From NCBI GenBank assembly GCA_964016885.1, contig OZ024741.1, positions 86,490,001-86,554,000 on the forward strand: a DNA stretch of 64,000 nt. The letters are read 5' to 3'. Below are positions 36,601-48,959 of this stretch, one piece after another (positions within the stretch are counted from its first letter, which is position 1; every line of letters starts with the position of its first letter). The position numbers were made by a program, and so were the translations under genes. This stretch comes from Eledone cirrhosa. Lineage: Eukaryota. The notes below the pieces were generated by a model. The model was not told the origin of the DNA. It saw nothing but the letters and a program-made list of their open reading frames with translations, and did no database searches.

Positions 36601-36630
36601 CGTTTCGGACATAAGCCCTTCTTCAGGAGT
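36601..36630 (-). ncRNA. Hammerhead ribozyme-like core (Penelope-type remnant)
   Basis: CTGAAGA-a-gggc-ttat-gtcc-GAAAC on the minus strand; the cleavage triplet is replaced by poly-C. Confidence 0.5.
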
Positions 36631-39037
36631 AAATAGGTTAGGAAGAGAGTTCAGAGGGTGTGTGGAAATACATTTAGAAAAAAAGGGGAAGAACAAATAA
36701 AAATAAAAATAAACGTAAAAATAAGCATTAGAATATATATATGGATGTATGAGTGAAAAAAAATGTATTGCATATAAATTACTGACTATAAAACAGGTCA
36801 GTTCTGTGCTGTGGTAAGTGTCTGTCTGGTAGCACTGATTCTGTACATACATATGGTATTTAACACACATTAAAAGCATAATTAGTCTCTCTAGGACACT
36901 CATATTTCATCACAGCTTGCTTAACACTATTTAAGCGGTGAGGAAAATGAATAGGTTTCAGGGAAAGACAAGATAATTATTATGAAAAGTAGAAACAATT
37001 ATTTGGAGATAAAACATTTTTCAATATTTATATCTTCAGTATATTTCAATCAGTTTGATCTCGTCATTAGATGCCTTATTCCTGGATATATTTGGTTATT
37101 TTGTATTGCAATTAATGAACAATGGTGTTGTTATTTTATAGATTTCCAACAAGCCAATCACAAGGGAATGTATGTGAAATTTGGTGCAGAACAAATATCA
37201 TAATGGACCTCATTCAAAAAGCAGCATTTTGTCAGGCTATTTCAATGTTTATATCCTCCATTCATACATTTCAGCAAAAAAGATACACATGCACATATAT
37301 AAGTCAGGAAAAGTCTATATATTTATGTCTATGTTTGTATATAAATGCATATGCAATTGCATCTATCATTGTAAATTTGGATTGATATCTCTATATCTAT
37401 CACTGAACAGATATTACAGGCAAAACGAACTGACAGGAGATCCAGAAGTAGATCCCGAGTAAGATAGTTGGATAACACACATGAGCTTGGCTGGTCTTGC
37501 TTGGGTCCAGCCAGATCAATTGGAGATGGTTGTTTATGACATGACCCGCTGGAAGGAGTGTTTGAGGACTCTTTCCCCATGACCCTCCTAGGAATATATG
37601 GTGGAAGAAGTATCTATATATCTATCTACTTGCTTGCCTGTCTGTATGTATATCTATCTATCTATCAGTAGCAATATATATGTGTGTGTATCTATCTGTT
37701 TATGTATATATATGCATATACACACTAATTATACGCTATAAAAATAAGACGTGTTTATATATTAATATATATCTGTCACATATGTATCGCAATCATCATC
37801 ATTGACTACTTTCCCTACTAGCAAGTGTTGGACAGCTCATCAGAGTCCAAGTCAGTACCTAATCAATGCTACTGACCTCTCAGACAGGTTAGGGGCTGCA
37901 ACTCACATCCATTTCCTCACTTTACAGAGTGCAATAGGTACATGTTATTGTTGCACCAGAAATAAGAAAGTTTTCTTGTCTTTGACACAAATAAAGAATC
38001 TTTTTGACTCTTTATTTGGTAAGTCTCTACAGGTGGATGCCCTTCCTAATGCCAACCCCTTTACAGGGTGTTCTAGGTTCATTTTTCATGGCACCAGCAC
38101 TAGAGAGGTTGTCGGTCATCCATTCAACTGAAGAGCCCTCTCTACCTCATAGGTAGATGATGACCTGTCTCAGGTGGGACATGTTTAGGGGAAGAGAAGA
38201 GAAGTAAGATAGATGATAAGTATGATGTCAAGGATGAGTGACAATAAGGCAGTAGGAAGGGAAGATGCCAAGTATAGTGTCATGATTTAACAGTGATGTG
38301 AATGAGAAAGATGTGTGAGGGTGATCCTGGATAGAATGGAGAGTGGGCAGTACAATGATGGTGAGAATGGATACTAGGGAGCTGTGGTGAAGGGAGGCAT
38401 GAATGGGTCACATCACATTCACACACCAGCCCACACTGTAAAGTGGTCATGTAGGTTTCCTGACAAGAAGCACCCAACACACACTGTAAAGTGGTTGTGT
38501 AGGCGTCACATCAAAAAGCACCCAGTACACACTGTAAACGTGGTTAGCATGAGGAAGGGCATTTAGCTATATAAACCAAGCCATAATCAGTTCTGCGTGA
38601 GCAAGACATGGTCATCTGACCTGGCCTATCTCACAATGAGACAATTCGTTCAACCCTTGCTAGCATGGAAAAATGGATGTTAAATGATGATGATGATGAC
38701 ATTTTATGGGGCTAGAGTGCCAGAAGTGCAGGGGTGGTCTTACTGGAAACAAGGAGCCAGTGACATCACATCAGCAGTGCAAGCTGTCTTTCTGTCTCTC
38801 TGCCTCTCTCAGTCTATAGCAACATTAAGTGCAGACATCATTATTCATGGTTGGTGTCAATGAGTGTGTGAAATTTGCTATGTTCTCTGGCCTGATATGA
38901 AACAGGTGAACATCGTGCTGAAGGATGCAATCCAGACATGTGGAGATGCAAAGGTAGGTTCCTTCGCTTCTTACAATAAGCAATTTTGCCACCGCTTGTT
39001 TTTTTGTATTATTTACTTTCCCCATCCTCGCAGACAA

Positions 39038-39991
39038 TCATCATCACCGTTTTACGTCCGTTCTTCCACGCTAGCATGGGTTAGACGGGTTGTCCTGTTG
39101 TGGGCAGTGTCTGGTCGGCTGACCATGCCTTGCTCATACAGGAACTGATTTGGCTGGATTTCTACAGCTGGATGCCCTTCCTAACACCAACCTCATTTAC
39201 AGTGAGTGCTGGGTGCTTTTTCGTGGTGCCTACACATCCACTTTACAGTGTGGGCTGGGTGCTTTTTTGCCGTGGCACCTCCACGACCACCTTGCGGGGG
39301 GGGGGGGGGGGGGGGGAGCATATTGTCTATATGCTTCAGCTTCGGCTTGTACCCATGGGAGGGCGGGTACTCTGTATTACTGCGTGACGCCAGAGGTCAC
39401 GGTCGTGTGTCATTGCCTTTGAGAGGTGTAATTGGGTAAGGTCGGCTTTTATCACCTCATCCCAGGTCATCTTGGGTCTCCCCACTCCGCGGTTTCCATC
39501 GACTTCTAGTGCTCTGCACCTTTTTATGCAGCTGTCATCCTTCATACGCATCACATGTCCATACCAGCACAACCGCCTCTCCTACACACAGCATTTGATT
39601 CCTCTTATGCTCGGTCTCTCTCTCAATTCATTTACGCTTTGTCGTTCACGTATATTACTGTTACACATCCATTGGAGCATGCAGGCTTCGTTTCTCTCTA
39701 ATCTACGTAAGTCTTCCACCTTCAGCGCCCAGGTCTCACTACCATGCAACATCGCTGTTCAGATACACGCATCATACAGTCTGCCTTTCATTCTGAGGGA
39801 GAAGCCTTTTGCAGCTAGCAGTGGTAGTAGTTCCCCAAACTTCTTCCATCCCGTTCTTACCCTAGTTATTGTACTTTCTGAACACCCACCTCCGCTGCTA
39901 ATTCGGTCACCTAGGTAGCAGAAGCTGTCTACTGTTTCTACAGAGCCCTCCCAGAGATTGGTGGTACTTGTTTCCTGTGGCTGTTTGCTGC
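39038..39991 (-). mobile_element. 5'-truncated RTE LINE, subfamily 1
   Basis: Near-identical to 17906-18860. Confidence 0.93.
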
Positions 39992-39994
39992 CCC

Positions 39995-40760
39995 AATATG
40001 GCAATGAAAATAATAGTAGGTAGCAATGCAGTCCAAGCCTTCATGGCGAGGGAAATGTTATTGCCTGGAATAGAAAGATACAATTGCTTGCTACACTGCA
40101 AGGCATTGAAAAATGTGGCTGGCTTTAGGACACTTGATGGCAACGCGCTAGCATTTTACCTTGAAATGGACCAGGCAGACCAATTGAATGTGGAGAAGAT
40201 AGAGCAGCACCTTAAGGAAGTGTTCACTGAGGGATCTTGTGCTGCTTTTGCCAAGCTAGGCAAAGTGAGCTGGATGGGAGAGCAGGTGGAAGTGTTCACA
40301 GCGGAAATCCAGAGGTTGGCTACACTAGCCAAATTCACAGGAGAGAATCTAGAAAGAGTCGTGCAGATGGCATTCATGAACGATTTCTCTGATGAAATTT
40401 TGGTGAGGCTCCAACAGTTGCTGGGCAACAACAAAATGGCTATGAGTGAGCTAATTACACAGGCCCGCATAGAGGAGTTAGCAATGATGAAATCTCATAG
40501 TAGTCAACAGCGATCAATGATCAACGAGAGGATATGAACCCTCATGAATGCTCCGCCGCGTGCATTCAAAGGCCAATGCTTCAGGTTGCAGGATCACAAC
40601 AAGGGACTGCAAGCAACTGTAGCCCGAAATAATTTACTACTGATGTAAGTGGGCAGGCCTCATTGCCAACAATTGCAGCCAGGGAAATGTTCAAAGGGGA
40701 GTTACTGTGCCAATAGCTACCCTCAAAAGCAAGTAGAGGCGCTCTTGCAGTTACTGGTGG
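39995..40760 (+). mobile_element. Diverged gag remnant of the same LTR lineage as 23826-27954
   Basis: LDGNALAFYLEMD...EVFTEGSCAAFAKL...EIQRLATLA aligns to the gag at 24244-24762; decayed knuckles and the GGGAAAT site are retained. Confidence 0.85.
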
Positions 40761-41470
40761 GGGTAGAAAGGAAGTAGGCATAAACTCCATACAAAGTACA
40801 CAATGTGATGTAGTGGAATAACTGATAGACTGTATGTAGAAGATGCACAGGGATAACTGAGAGGAAGGGCTCATAGAAGTGGGTGATAGCTTCTGCTATC
40901 TAGACAACTTAATTAACAGTAGATTAGGGTGCTCTGAGAGCATAATAGCTAGAATAAAGATAGGATGGAAAAAGTTGAGAGCTACTCCCACTGTTGGCCA
41001 CAAAATGTTTCCTACATACAAAAGGACGACTGTATGACGCCTGTGTGAGAAGATGCTGCATGGTAGTGAAACATGGGCTGTGACTGCAGAGGACATGCAT
41101 AGATTGGAGAGAAATGAAGCAACCATACTTCATTGGATGTGCAATTTAAGTGTGTGAGAGATAGGCTTGGATGAGCTGAGGGAGAAGCTAGGTTTAAGAG
41201 GAATCTGAGGTGGTGTGCAGGCGGGAAGACTGCATTGGTATGGACATGTGGCATGGCACATGCATGAAGAAATGCCAGGAAATACCAGTAGAAGGAAGCT
41301 GCAGTAGAGGTAGACCAAGAAAGACCTGGGCAGAGGTGGTGAAAATTGACCTCAAATTGCTGAAACTCACAGAGGAGCTGGCAAAGGAATGCAGCAAGTG
41401 GAGAGTTACTGAGCAGGACCCATCCAACCAAGTGTGGAAAAGTGGATGTAAGAACGATGATGATAATGAT
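40760..41470 (+). mobile_element. Degraded RTE LINE 3' fragment
   Basis: CQEIPVEGSCSRGRPRKTWAEVV motif and (GAT)n tail. Confidence 0.8.
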
Positions 41471-41745
41471 GTCACTTGAATAAAAAATAGAAATTAGATA
41501 AGCCTACTTCTACACAAAATGCTAAACATCCTGTTTTTTTACATTATATAATGCTTTCTTTACATTATATAATGCCATGAGAAACTTAAGATTGTGTAAA
41601 ATTGAATTTTTTATGAATAACATGCTACAAATTCACAATATATACATATAGAGAAAGAGAGACGAAACTGTAACTCCGGGTCATATTTTGTTTTTCCTAA
41701 GCTGCAGAAATAGGTGTTGTATTACACAGAGAAATAGGGAATACT

Positions 41746-42080
41746 TCATCATCATCATTTTACGTCCACTTTTCCCTGCTTGCAAGGGTGGGACGGGAAC
41801 TGATTCTGGCTTGATTTCTACAGCTGGATGCCCTTCCTAACACTAACCTCATTTACAGTGAGTGCTGGGTGCTTTTTGCCGTGGCACCTACACGACCACT
41901 TTGCAGTGGAATGATAGGGACCCCAATCCCTATCATCTCATTTCTACAGCTGAGTAAACTGGAGCAATGTGAAATAAAGTGTCTTGCTCAAGGAAACAAC
42001 ACATCACATGGTCTGAGAATTGAACTCACAACCTTTCCATTGCAAGGCCAATGCTCTAACTACTAAACCATGTGCCTCCA
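41746..42080 (-). mobile_element. tRNA-headed SINE with RTE-derived tail
   Basis: Homologous to 60410-60767. Confidence 0.85.
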
Positions 42081-42297
42081 TGCCACTTCAGAGGATGTAT
42101 TTGTCCATCCATCTATCTATTGTTTATTTTTAATTGATGATAGTAGGAAATGCAAGCCTGTATTGTGCCAGTGTCTGTACAATAGCAAGCTGGCCTATTT
42201 TTTTTTCTTTAGCTGTGGAAATGTGTTAATACACAAAGAAATAGGGTCTATCAATGTAGATACAATACAGAGGATGTATTTGTTCATCTATCCATTA

Positions 42298-45180
42298 ATC
42301 ATCATTATCATCATCATTTTACGTCCGCTTTCCCCTGCGTGCAAGGGTGGGATGGGTCTTATTCAGCACAGCATCTCTCCACTTGTCACGGTCCTTCGTC
42401 ATCTCCACCATGAGCTTCAGCGATCTGAGGTCTGTTCTCACCACCTCCGCGCATGTTTTTCGTGGTCTACCTCTACCATGTCTTCCTTCAACTGGCATTT
42501 CCTGGCACTTCTTCACCCATCGGTCATCCTCCATGCGCATCACATGCCCATACCACCTCAGTCCCCTCTCTCGCACACTACATTCTATCCCTCTCAGACA
42601 CAGTTTCTCTCTCAACACATTCATGCTGGGTCATTCACGCACATTGACATTGCACATCCAACGGAGCATGCTTGCCTCATTTCTCTCCAGCAGTCGCATA
42701 TCCTCTGCAGTTGCTGCCCATGTCTCACTACCATGCAGCATTGCACTCCTCACATAGGCATCATATAATCGACCTTTTGTATGCAGGGAGAAACCCTTCT
42801 TCGCCAGCAGAGGAAGCAGCTCTCTAAAATCCTTCCAACCCGTCCTTATTCTAGATACTATGGCCTCGAAACACCCCCCTCCCATGCTAATCTGATCTCC
42901 TAGGTACCGGAAGCTATCCACCACTTCTATAGCGCCCTCCTGCATCTGAAAAATGTGTCTATCAATGCGACTTCTACTGTCTAATTTCCCTGTACATCTA
43001 CTGCATACATATTTCTCCCTACCTGTTAGTTTGCTTGCTATCCCACTACATCTCTTGTGTACCCAAGATCTGCATTGTGTGCATTTTATAGAATTTATGC
43101 CAGTTCCTTTTCTGCATATCGAACATGGCCATTTCCCTGACGGAATCAGAGTTTTGTCCTCTTTTCTACTCATCAACATTTTTGTCTTAGCTAGGTTCAC
43201 TCTGTCCTCTTGCTTCCAACTGCTGTTTCCATAGCCAGAATTTATTCTCTAGCTCCTCTACTGATTCTGCTATAAGAACCAGATCATCAACATAGAGAAG
43301 TTCCAATGGACAGCCAGTCTTAAACTCCTCTGTTATGGCTTGGAGGACTATAATGAACAAGAGCTGGCTGAGGACCGAACCTTGATGTACTCCTACTTGT
43401 ATCTGGAATTCCTCACTAAACTCCATTCCTACCCTGACTATACTGACAGCACCTCTGTACAAAGTTTGCACTGTCCTCACAAGCCATTCTTCAACACCTA
43501 GTTTCCTTAGGGACCACCAGATGACAGATCGGGGTACCCTATCAAAAGCCTTCACTAGGTCAACAAAGGCTAAGTATAGTGGCTTATTCTTCTCTAAGAA
43601 CCTCTCTTGTAGTTGTCTCACTAAGAAGAGGGCATCTGTTGTAATTTTCCCAGGCACAAAACCAAACTGCATCTCATCTAGTTTGACCCTTTCTCTAATT
43701 AGTTGTGCTAATATCCTTTCTGCCACTTTCATAGCCTGATCCATCAGTTTTATACCCCTATAATTGCTCCTCTCCAGAGCATACTCTTTACCTTTGTAGC
43801 AATTTATGAGAATACTGCTGCACCAGTCTTTGGATATGACACCACCATATATAGCCTGATTGATGATGCATGCAACCAGTTTAGTGCCTACGTCCCCTGA
43901 TGCCTTCAGCATCTCAGCAACTATCCCCGGCAGCCTTACCATTTTTTTCATCTCCTTAATCTCCTCTTGGACCCTATATTCATCAATCTCAATAGCTGGT
44001 CCCTCTGTTGGATCTACTAAGGGTAATTTCTCTCTCTTTCATCAGTCTCTCATAATGACATTTCCAGGCCTCCTTTTTCTGATCATTCGTGACACTAAGT
44101 ACACCGGCATCATTCCGGATACATTTATCTCCAACAACATCCTGATTTGCATTGCCACACTGCCTTGCAATGTGGAACACTGCACGCCTCTGATCTTCCC
44201 GTCACAGAACATTGGCAAACCTCCTACTCTCCGCCTCCCTGTGTGCTAAGTACACCTGACCTCTAGCTTCTCTCTGAGCGGCTGTATATCCTTCTCTACT
44301 CCCACCCTTTTTCCAAGCCTTCCATGCTAGTCTTTTGTATCTAATGGCCTTATCTACTGTGCTGTTCCACCACCAGGTCATTCTCTGTCTGGTTGGAGCT
44401 CTGCTCCAGCCACAAGTTTCATCAGTAGCCTGCAGTAAGTTGTCACGTAAGAAATTCCAGTTATTATCTATGTCATACGTCTCTAAATCATCTTTTTCGT
44501 CATACACATCTTGAAGGGCTTTCCTAAATTTGTATTTTAGTGAAAGGTCTTTTAGCTTCCAGACCTTTCTTCTCCACACCTTCCTGTATGTCTCATTCCA
44601 TCTCTTGCTTACTGAGATATCACTAACGACTAACCTATACTGTGGGGTACATTCTTCCCCAGAGTATGCCTTGGTATTTGACACCATCTGCCTGTCCCGC
44701 TGCCTAACTAGTAAGAAGTCAATCTGGCCTATGTGCTCGACTGATTTGTAGGTTATTAGGTGGTTGGCAGGTTTCTGAAGTTAGTGTTGCAAATAGTCAG
44801 TGTACTTGCATCACAAAATTCAAGAAGTCTCACTCCTTCTTCATTTCTTGAGCCGTAACCGTGCCCACCATGTACCCCTGTGTAACCATCCTGGAGCTGT
44901 CCAACATGACTATTGAAGTCCTCTGCTAGCATACCGATGTCTCCGTCCTCTGTCATTGCGGTTGTTTGTAAAAGTTGCTCGTAAAAGCAGTCTTTCTCTT
45001 CTTTGCCTAGGCCTGCTTGGGTAGCATAGGCAGAGATGATTGTCAGTAGTCTCCTGCCTACAACTATCTAAGCTTAATTATTCGATTACTAACTCGAACT
45101 ACCTCTATTGGCTTATTGATCTATCTCTCAGCCAGGAAAATGCCTACTCCCCCTAACCCATCATCCTTACCTACCCATCA
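42298..45180 (-). mobile_element. RTE LINE, subfamily 2, frameshifted
   Basis: Serial ORFs 44756-44956, 44202-44687, 43187-43951 (NYRGIKL, QGSVLS, YVDD), 42631-43200 and 42319-42624; tail directly after the stop. Confidence 0.93.
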
Positions 45181-48100
45181 TCCTTACTTACCACACATTT
45201 TACAGCATGGTCATAAAAAAACCCCAAAAAAACCCCCACCACTTATTGACACTCATGGCACACACACATATATATTACTGTCACATACATATATATATAT
45301 ATATATTACCATTGTTTATTTTTAATTGGTGAGGGTAGAAAATGCAAACCTGTGATGTGCCAGTGTCTGTACAACAGCAAGCTGGCCAGAAAGAAATAGG
45401 TCAGTAGCAGTAGCAATAGTAACAGCAGCAGTAGTAGTAGTGGTGGTGGAGGTAGCAGCTGTAGTAGACAGGAGCAAAACATAACTGTAGATTCAATATT
45501 TGTTGGACATTGGGAGGGTCATGTTGTCAATTAAAATACATGCACTGATTTAATTTCACTTTGGGTTTTATAATTAATCAGACAATTGATCTATCCATCA
45601 GTTGGATAATCTACTAATTAATCAATTGTCAAAGTTCTTTCATTACTGTTTATGACCCTGCCAATGACTTTTGCCCTGTGTATTTTCATCTTAATAATAA
45701 TGAAATTATTGTGTAAAGTGCTCAGGTGCATTACAACTCGTCAAAGGTGCATGTATAGTACATAGAATCTTCATTCACTTTAACCTTTCTCCATCTTTAT
45801 TTTAGGTGTAGCTGGAATTTATTGGAGGTATATGACATTTGTGTGGGTGCTAATGCTGTATTAAGCAGTCTCTGTCATCATGGAAACTATGCTGGTTGGG
45901 AAGTGAGTTTTTTGTGATGTCACCACCCTCTTAAATAGTTTAATTATATAATTGAAAGGCAAATTGCATTAAGCATGAAATGAGGTGAGCATGCTGCAAT
46001 GAATGTGTAATAGTGTACATGAATGAAAAAGCATCGAGTTGAGAGAAAATCTGGGCATAAAAGTGATTGGATGCAGTGTATAGGAGAGGGGGACTGCAAT
46101 GATATGGATATGTGATGTGATACCTATGGAGGATGACAGATGAGTAAAGAAATACAGTGTTTGAAGTCAATGAAATCTATGGAAGTGAAAGACCTAGGAA
46201 ATCTTCAGATGATATGGTGAAAGCTTACCTCATTAAGATGATGACTCAGGACTGAACTTGTTGGCAATATGTCAAACTACAGAAGACTCACCTTCTCAAG
46301 CAAGCATCAAGAGTATGGTAATGAAGAAGCAGAGAAGTGGAATGACATTTAGGTCCTCACCTGCCAGTATGCCCCTCCCCCAACCCAATCCCAAAGAAGC
46401 AAAGGGATGGAACAACATTTAGTTCCTCATCTATCAGTATGCTCCCAATTTCTCCACTCACATCCTTCCATGTCCAACCCATGCCAGTATGGAAAGTCAA
46501 GGTACAACCCCTTCCTCTCCCTTGCAGCAGTATGCTCCCCTACCAGTGTGGAAAATCAATATAATGCCAAATATCACTCACTTGCTTAAGGCTACCTCTA
46601 CAACCTGCCACTTGCTCTTCCTAGGTGGGATGACTCTGTTCGTTCCGAGGCAAGCAACATGTAGCACCCTCTCTCCTTTCTCAGCCTGGTCGAGGACACA
46701 ATGAGCAACCTAATGTTGTAATGGGTGCCTTGATAATACATACCAAGCCTATTCTCTGAAGTAGTGGTGTTGATGTCACAATAAAAAAACACCTAATCCA
46801 CCTTGTAAGGTGGTAGTGCTGGTACCATGAACAAATGCTCCTGATACATGTTGTAGGGTGGTTGGTGTTAGGAAAGGCATCCATAGAAACCAAACTAAAA
46901 ATGGAACGTATTAGCAAGATGTAGCCATCTGATTGGTCTGGCCTCAGAACATGACAGCTTGTCTAACCCATGCAAGCATAGAAAATAGATGTTGAACAGT
47001 GATGATACAAGAGGTAAGATTGGTTGATAATTTACTGCAAATGACTTGTTTCCTTTTTCTGTCTAAATTGGGATAGAAAATGTTCAGGTATACAGTTTGC
47101 ATCCAGTGATTACCTTCAGAGATTAGCTAGGTTTATAGGTTGATGTTGACAGGGCCCACTGCTAAGTTGTGTTTAACTTTGTTTATTGCAACTGTGATTT
47201 CAGGGAGCTGAAAGTTATATCAGGATGTGTTGGGGTTTTACTTCACAATGTAACCTAGTTTGTGCACATTATGATGACTGAAAAGGGAGCATTTTTTTCT
47301 GTAGAATCTCATTCATCAATCAGTGATCAAATAGATGAAGCAGCAACCTTTTGCTTTTTGGAAAATAAGAAAGACACTTTGGGATTAAGTTTAATTTTCT
47401 CATTGGCCCAGTCATCCTCAGCTACCCTTTACTGATTGATTATAGTCTTCATGTAGTAGGGGCCTTGCTAACATTATGAAGGAGTGCCATCAACAAGTTG
47501 CGACCTCTCTAGCTAATCTAGAGCAATGCTTGTTTGGAACAACAAAGTTCTTAAATCTATTATTCAATTGACATTTCTAGACTTTCACAGTGTGATCATC
47601 AGGAGTGTTGTTGGTTTATAATTACTGCCTCATTTTATTGTAGGGATATGTATTTTATGAAATTTTATGCAGGCCTTCCTTTCTTTGTTGCTATTAGAGG
47701 TAACAGCTTCCAGAACTTTTCCCACCCTTTTTTTATTCTGGCTACTATGATTTCTGAGCACCTTTCCTCCTCCATGTATGCATACACACACATGCCTATT
47801 TCTTATGTGATGTATCAACAAGATCCCAGACCTCATCAAATCGGACTGAGGAAACAATGCTTCCATTGGTCTTTCCAATTGCTAATACTATCTACCGGTT
47901 GCAAATCCAGGCAGAAGGAGCAACATGAAATAAAGTGTCTTGCTCAAGGACATAACGCATCACTTGGTCTGGGAATCTAACTCACAACTGCGAATATTAT
48001 TCTCTAAACACTCAGCGACATGCCTTCACATATATGTGATGTTTATCTTTTAATAATTATAAAATTGCAGCCCTGCACTGAAAAGTGATTACATAGGAGG

Positions 48101-48959
48101 TTTTATCTCTCACTGAGCAAAGAAAGTTGGATTCATCTGACAAATCTCTACTCTTCTTATTTTTTTTATCAGTGGATGAATACACATCTGTCAATGAAGA
48201 GGTATTTAGTAGTTTATTGCTATTTATGGTGTACACAAACTATAACTTAACTAAACTGGTCAACTCTAATTTACATAAGAATGCATATACTAACATCATC
48301 CTTTTGTCCATTTTCCATGCTGGCATGAGTTGGATGTGTTGTTATGATCTGAAACTAGATGGGTTGGGGAAACTTCATCTTGCTCATAAATTCCATATTT
48401 TGGAATAACTTCTACAGCTGGTTGTCCTTCCTAACATCAACCACTTTACAGGTTGTACTAGGTGCATTTTATCATGGCACCAGCACTAGAGAAGTCGCCA
48501 TATGCTCGGCTAGATTGAAGAGTCCTCTTTACCCTATATTGTTTCCAGTTCATTTACAGTGCCTTACAATGTTGTTTTTGTTTGTTTTTATTCCATAATA
48601 TATTGCAATGTATATATAAATATTTTGATAAACATAGATTTTGAGACTTACTGTGAAAAACCAAAGTTAAATTTGAGGTTTTTCACGAGATCAGACACAC
48701 TTGGTTCTGAATGGCGAACATGAATCAGTAGAACAAACTGCTAAACCATATTTAGCCATCCATCCATACATTCTTCAGGTATCTCTCTTCCCCAATTGCA
48801 AATGTTCCGCTCACACTATATAAATCTCCTGAGATGCGATAAGCCACTATGGCTACCTATCTCACAATTTCCCTCCCACCACCATAACCTGTTTGACCAA
48901 TCAAACCTCAGCAACATGTCCCCCCACCCACTACCAACCCCAACAAACTGCCATTACTA

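Noticed and set aside
38820-38952. Selenoprotein exon (in-frame TGA in WCQ*VC)
   Set aside because: No recognisable selenoprotein family, no SECIS identified, and the phase does not link to other exons.
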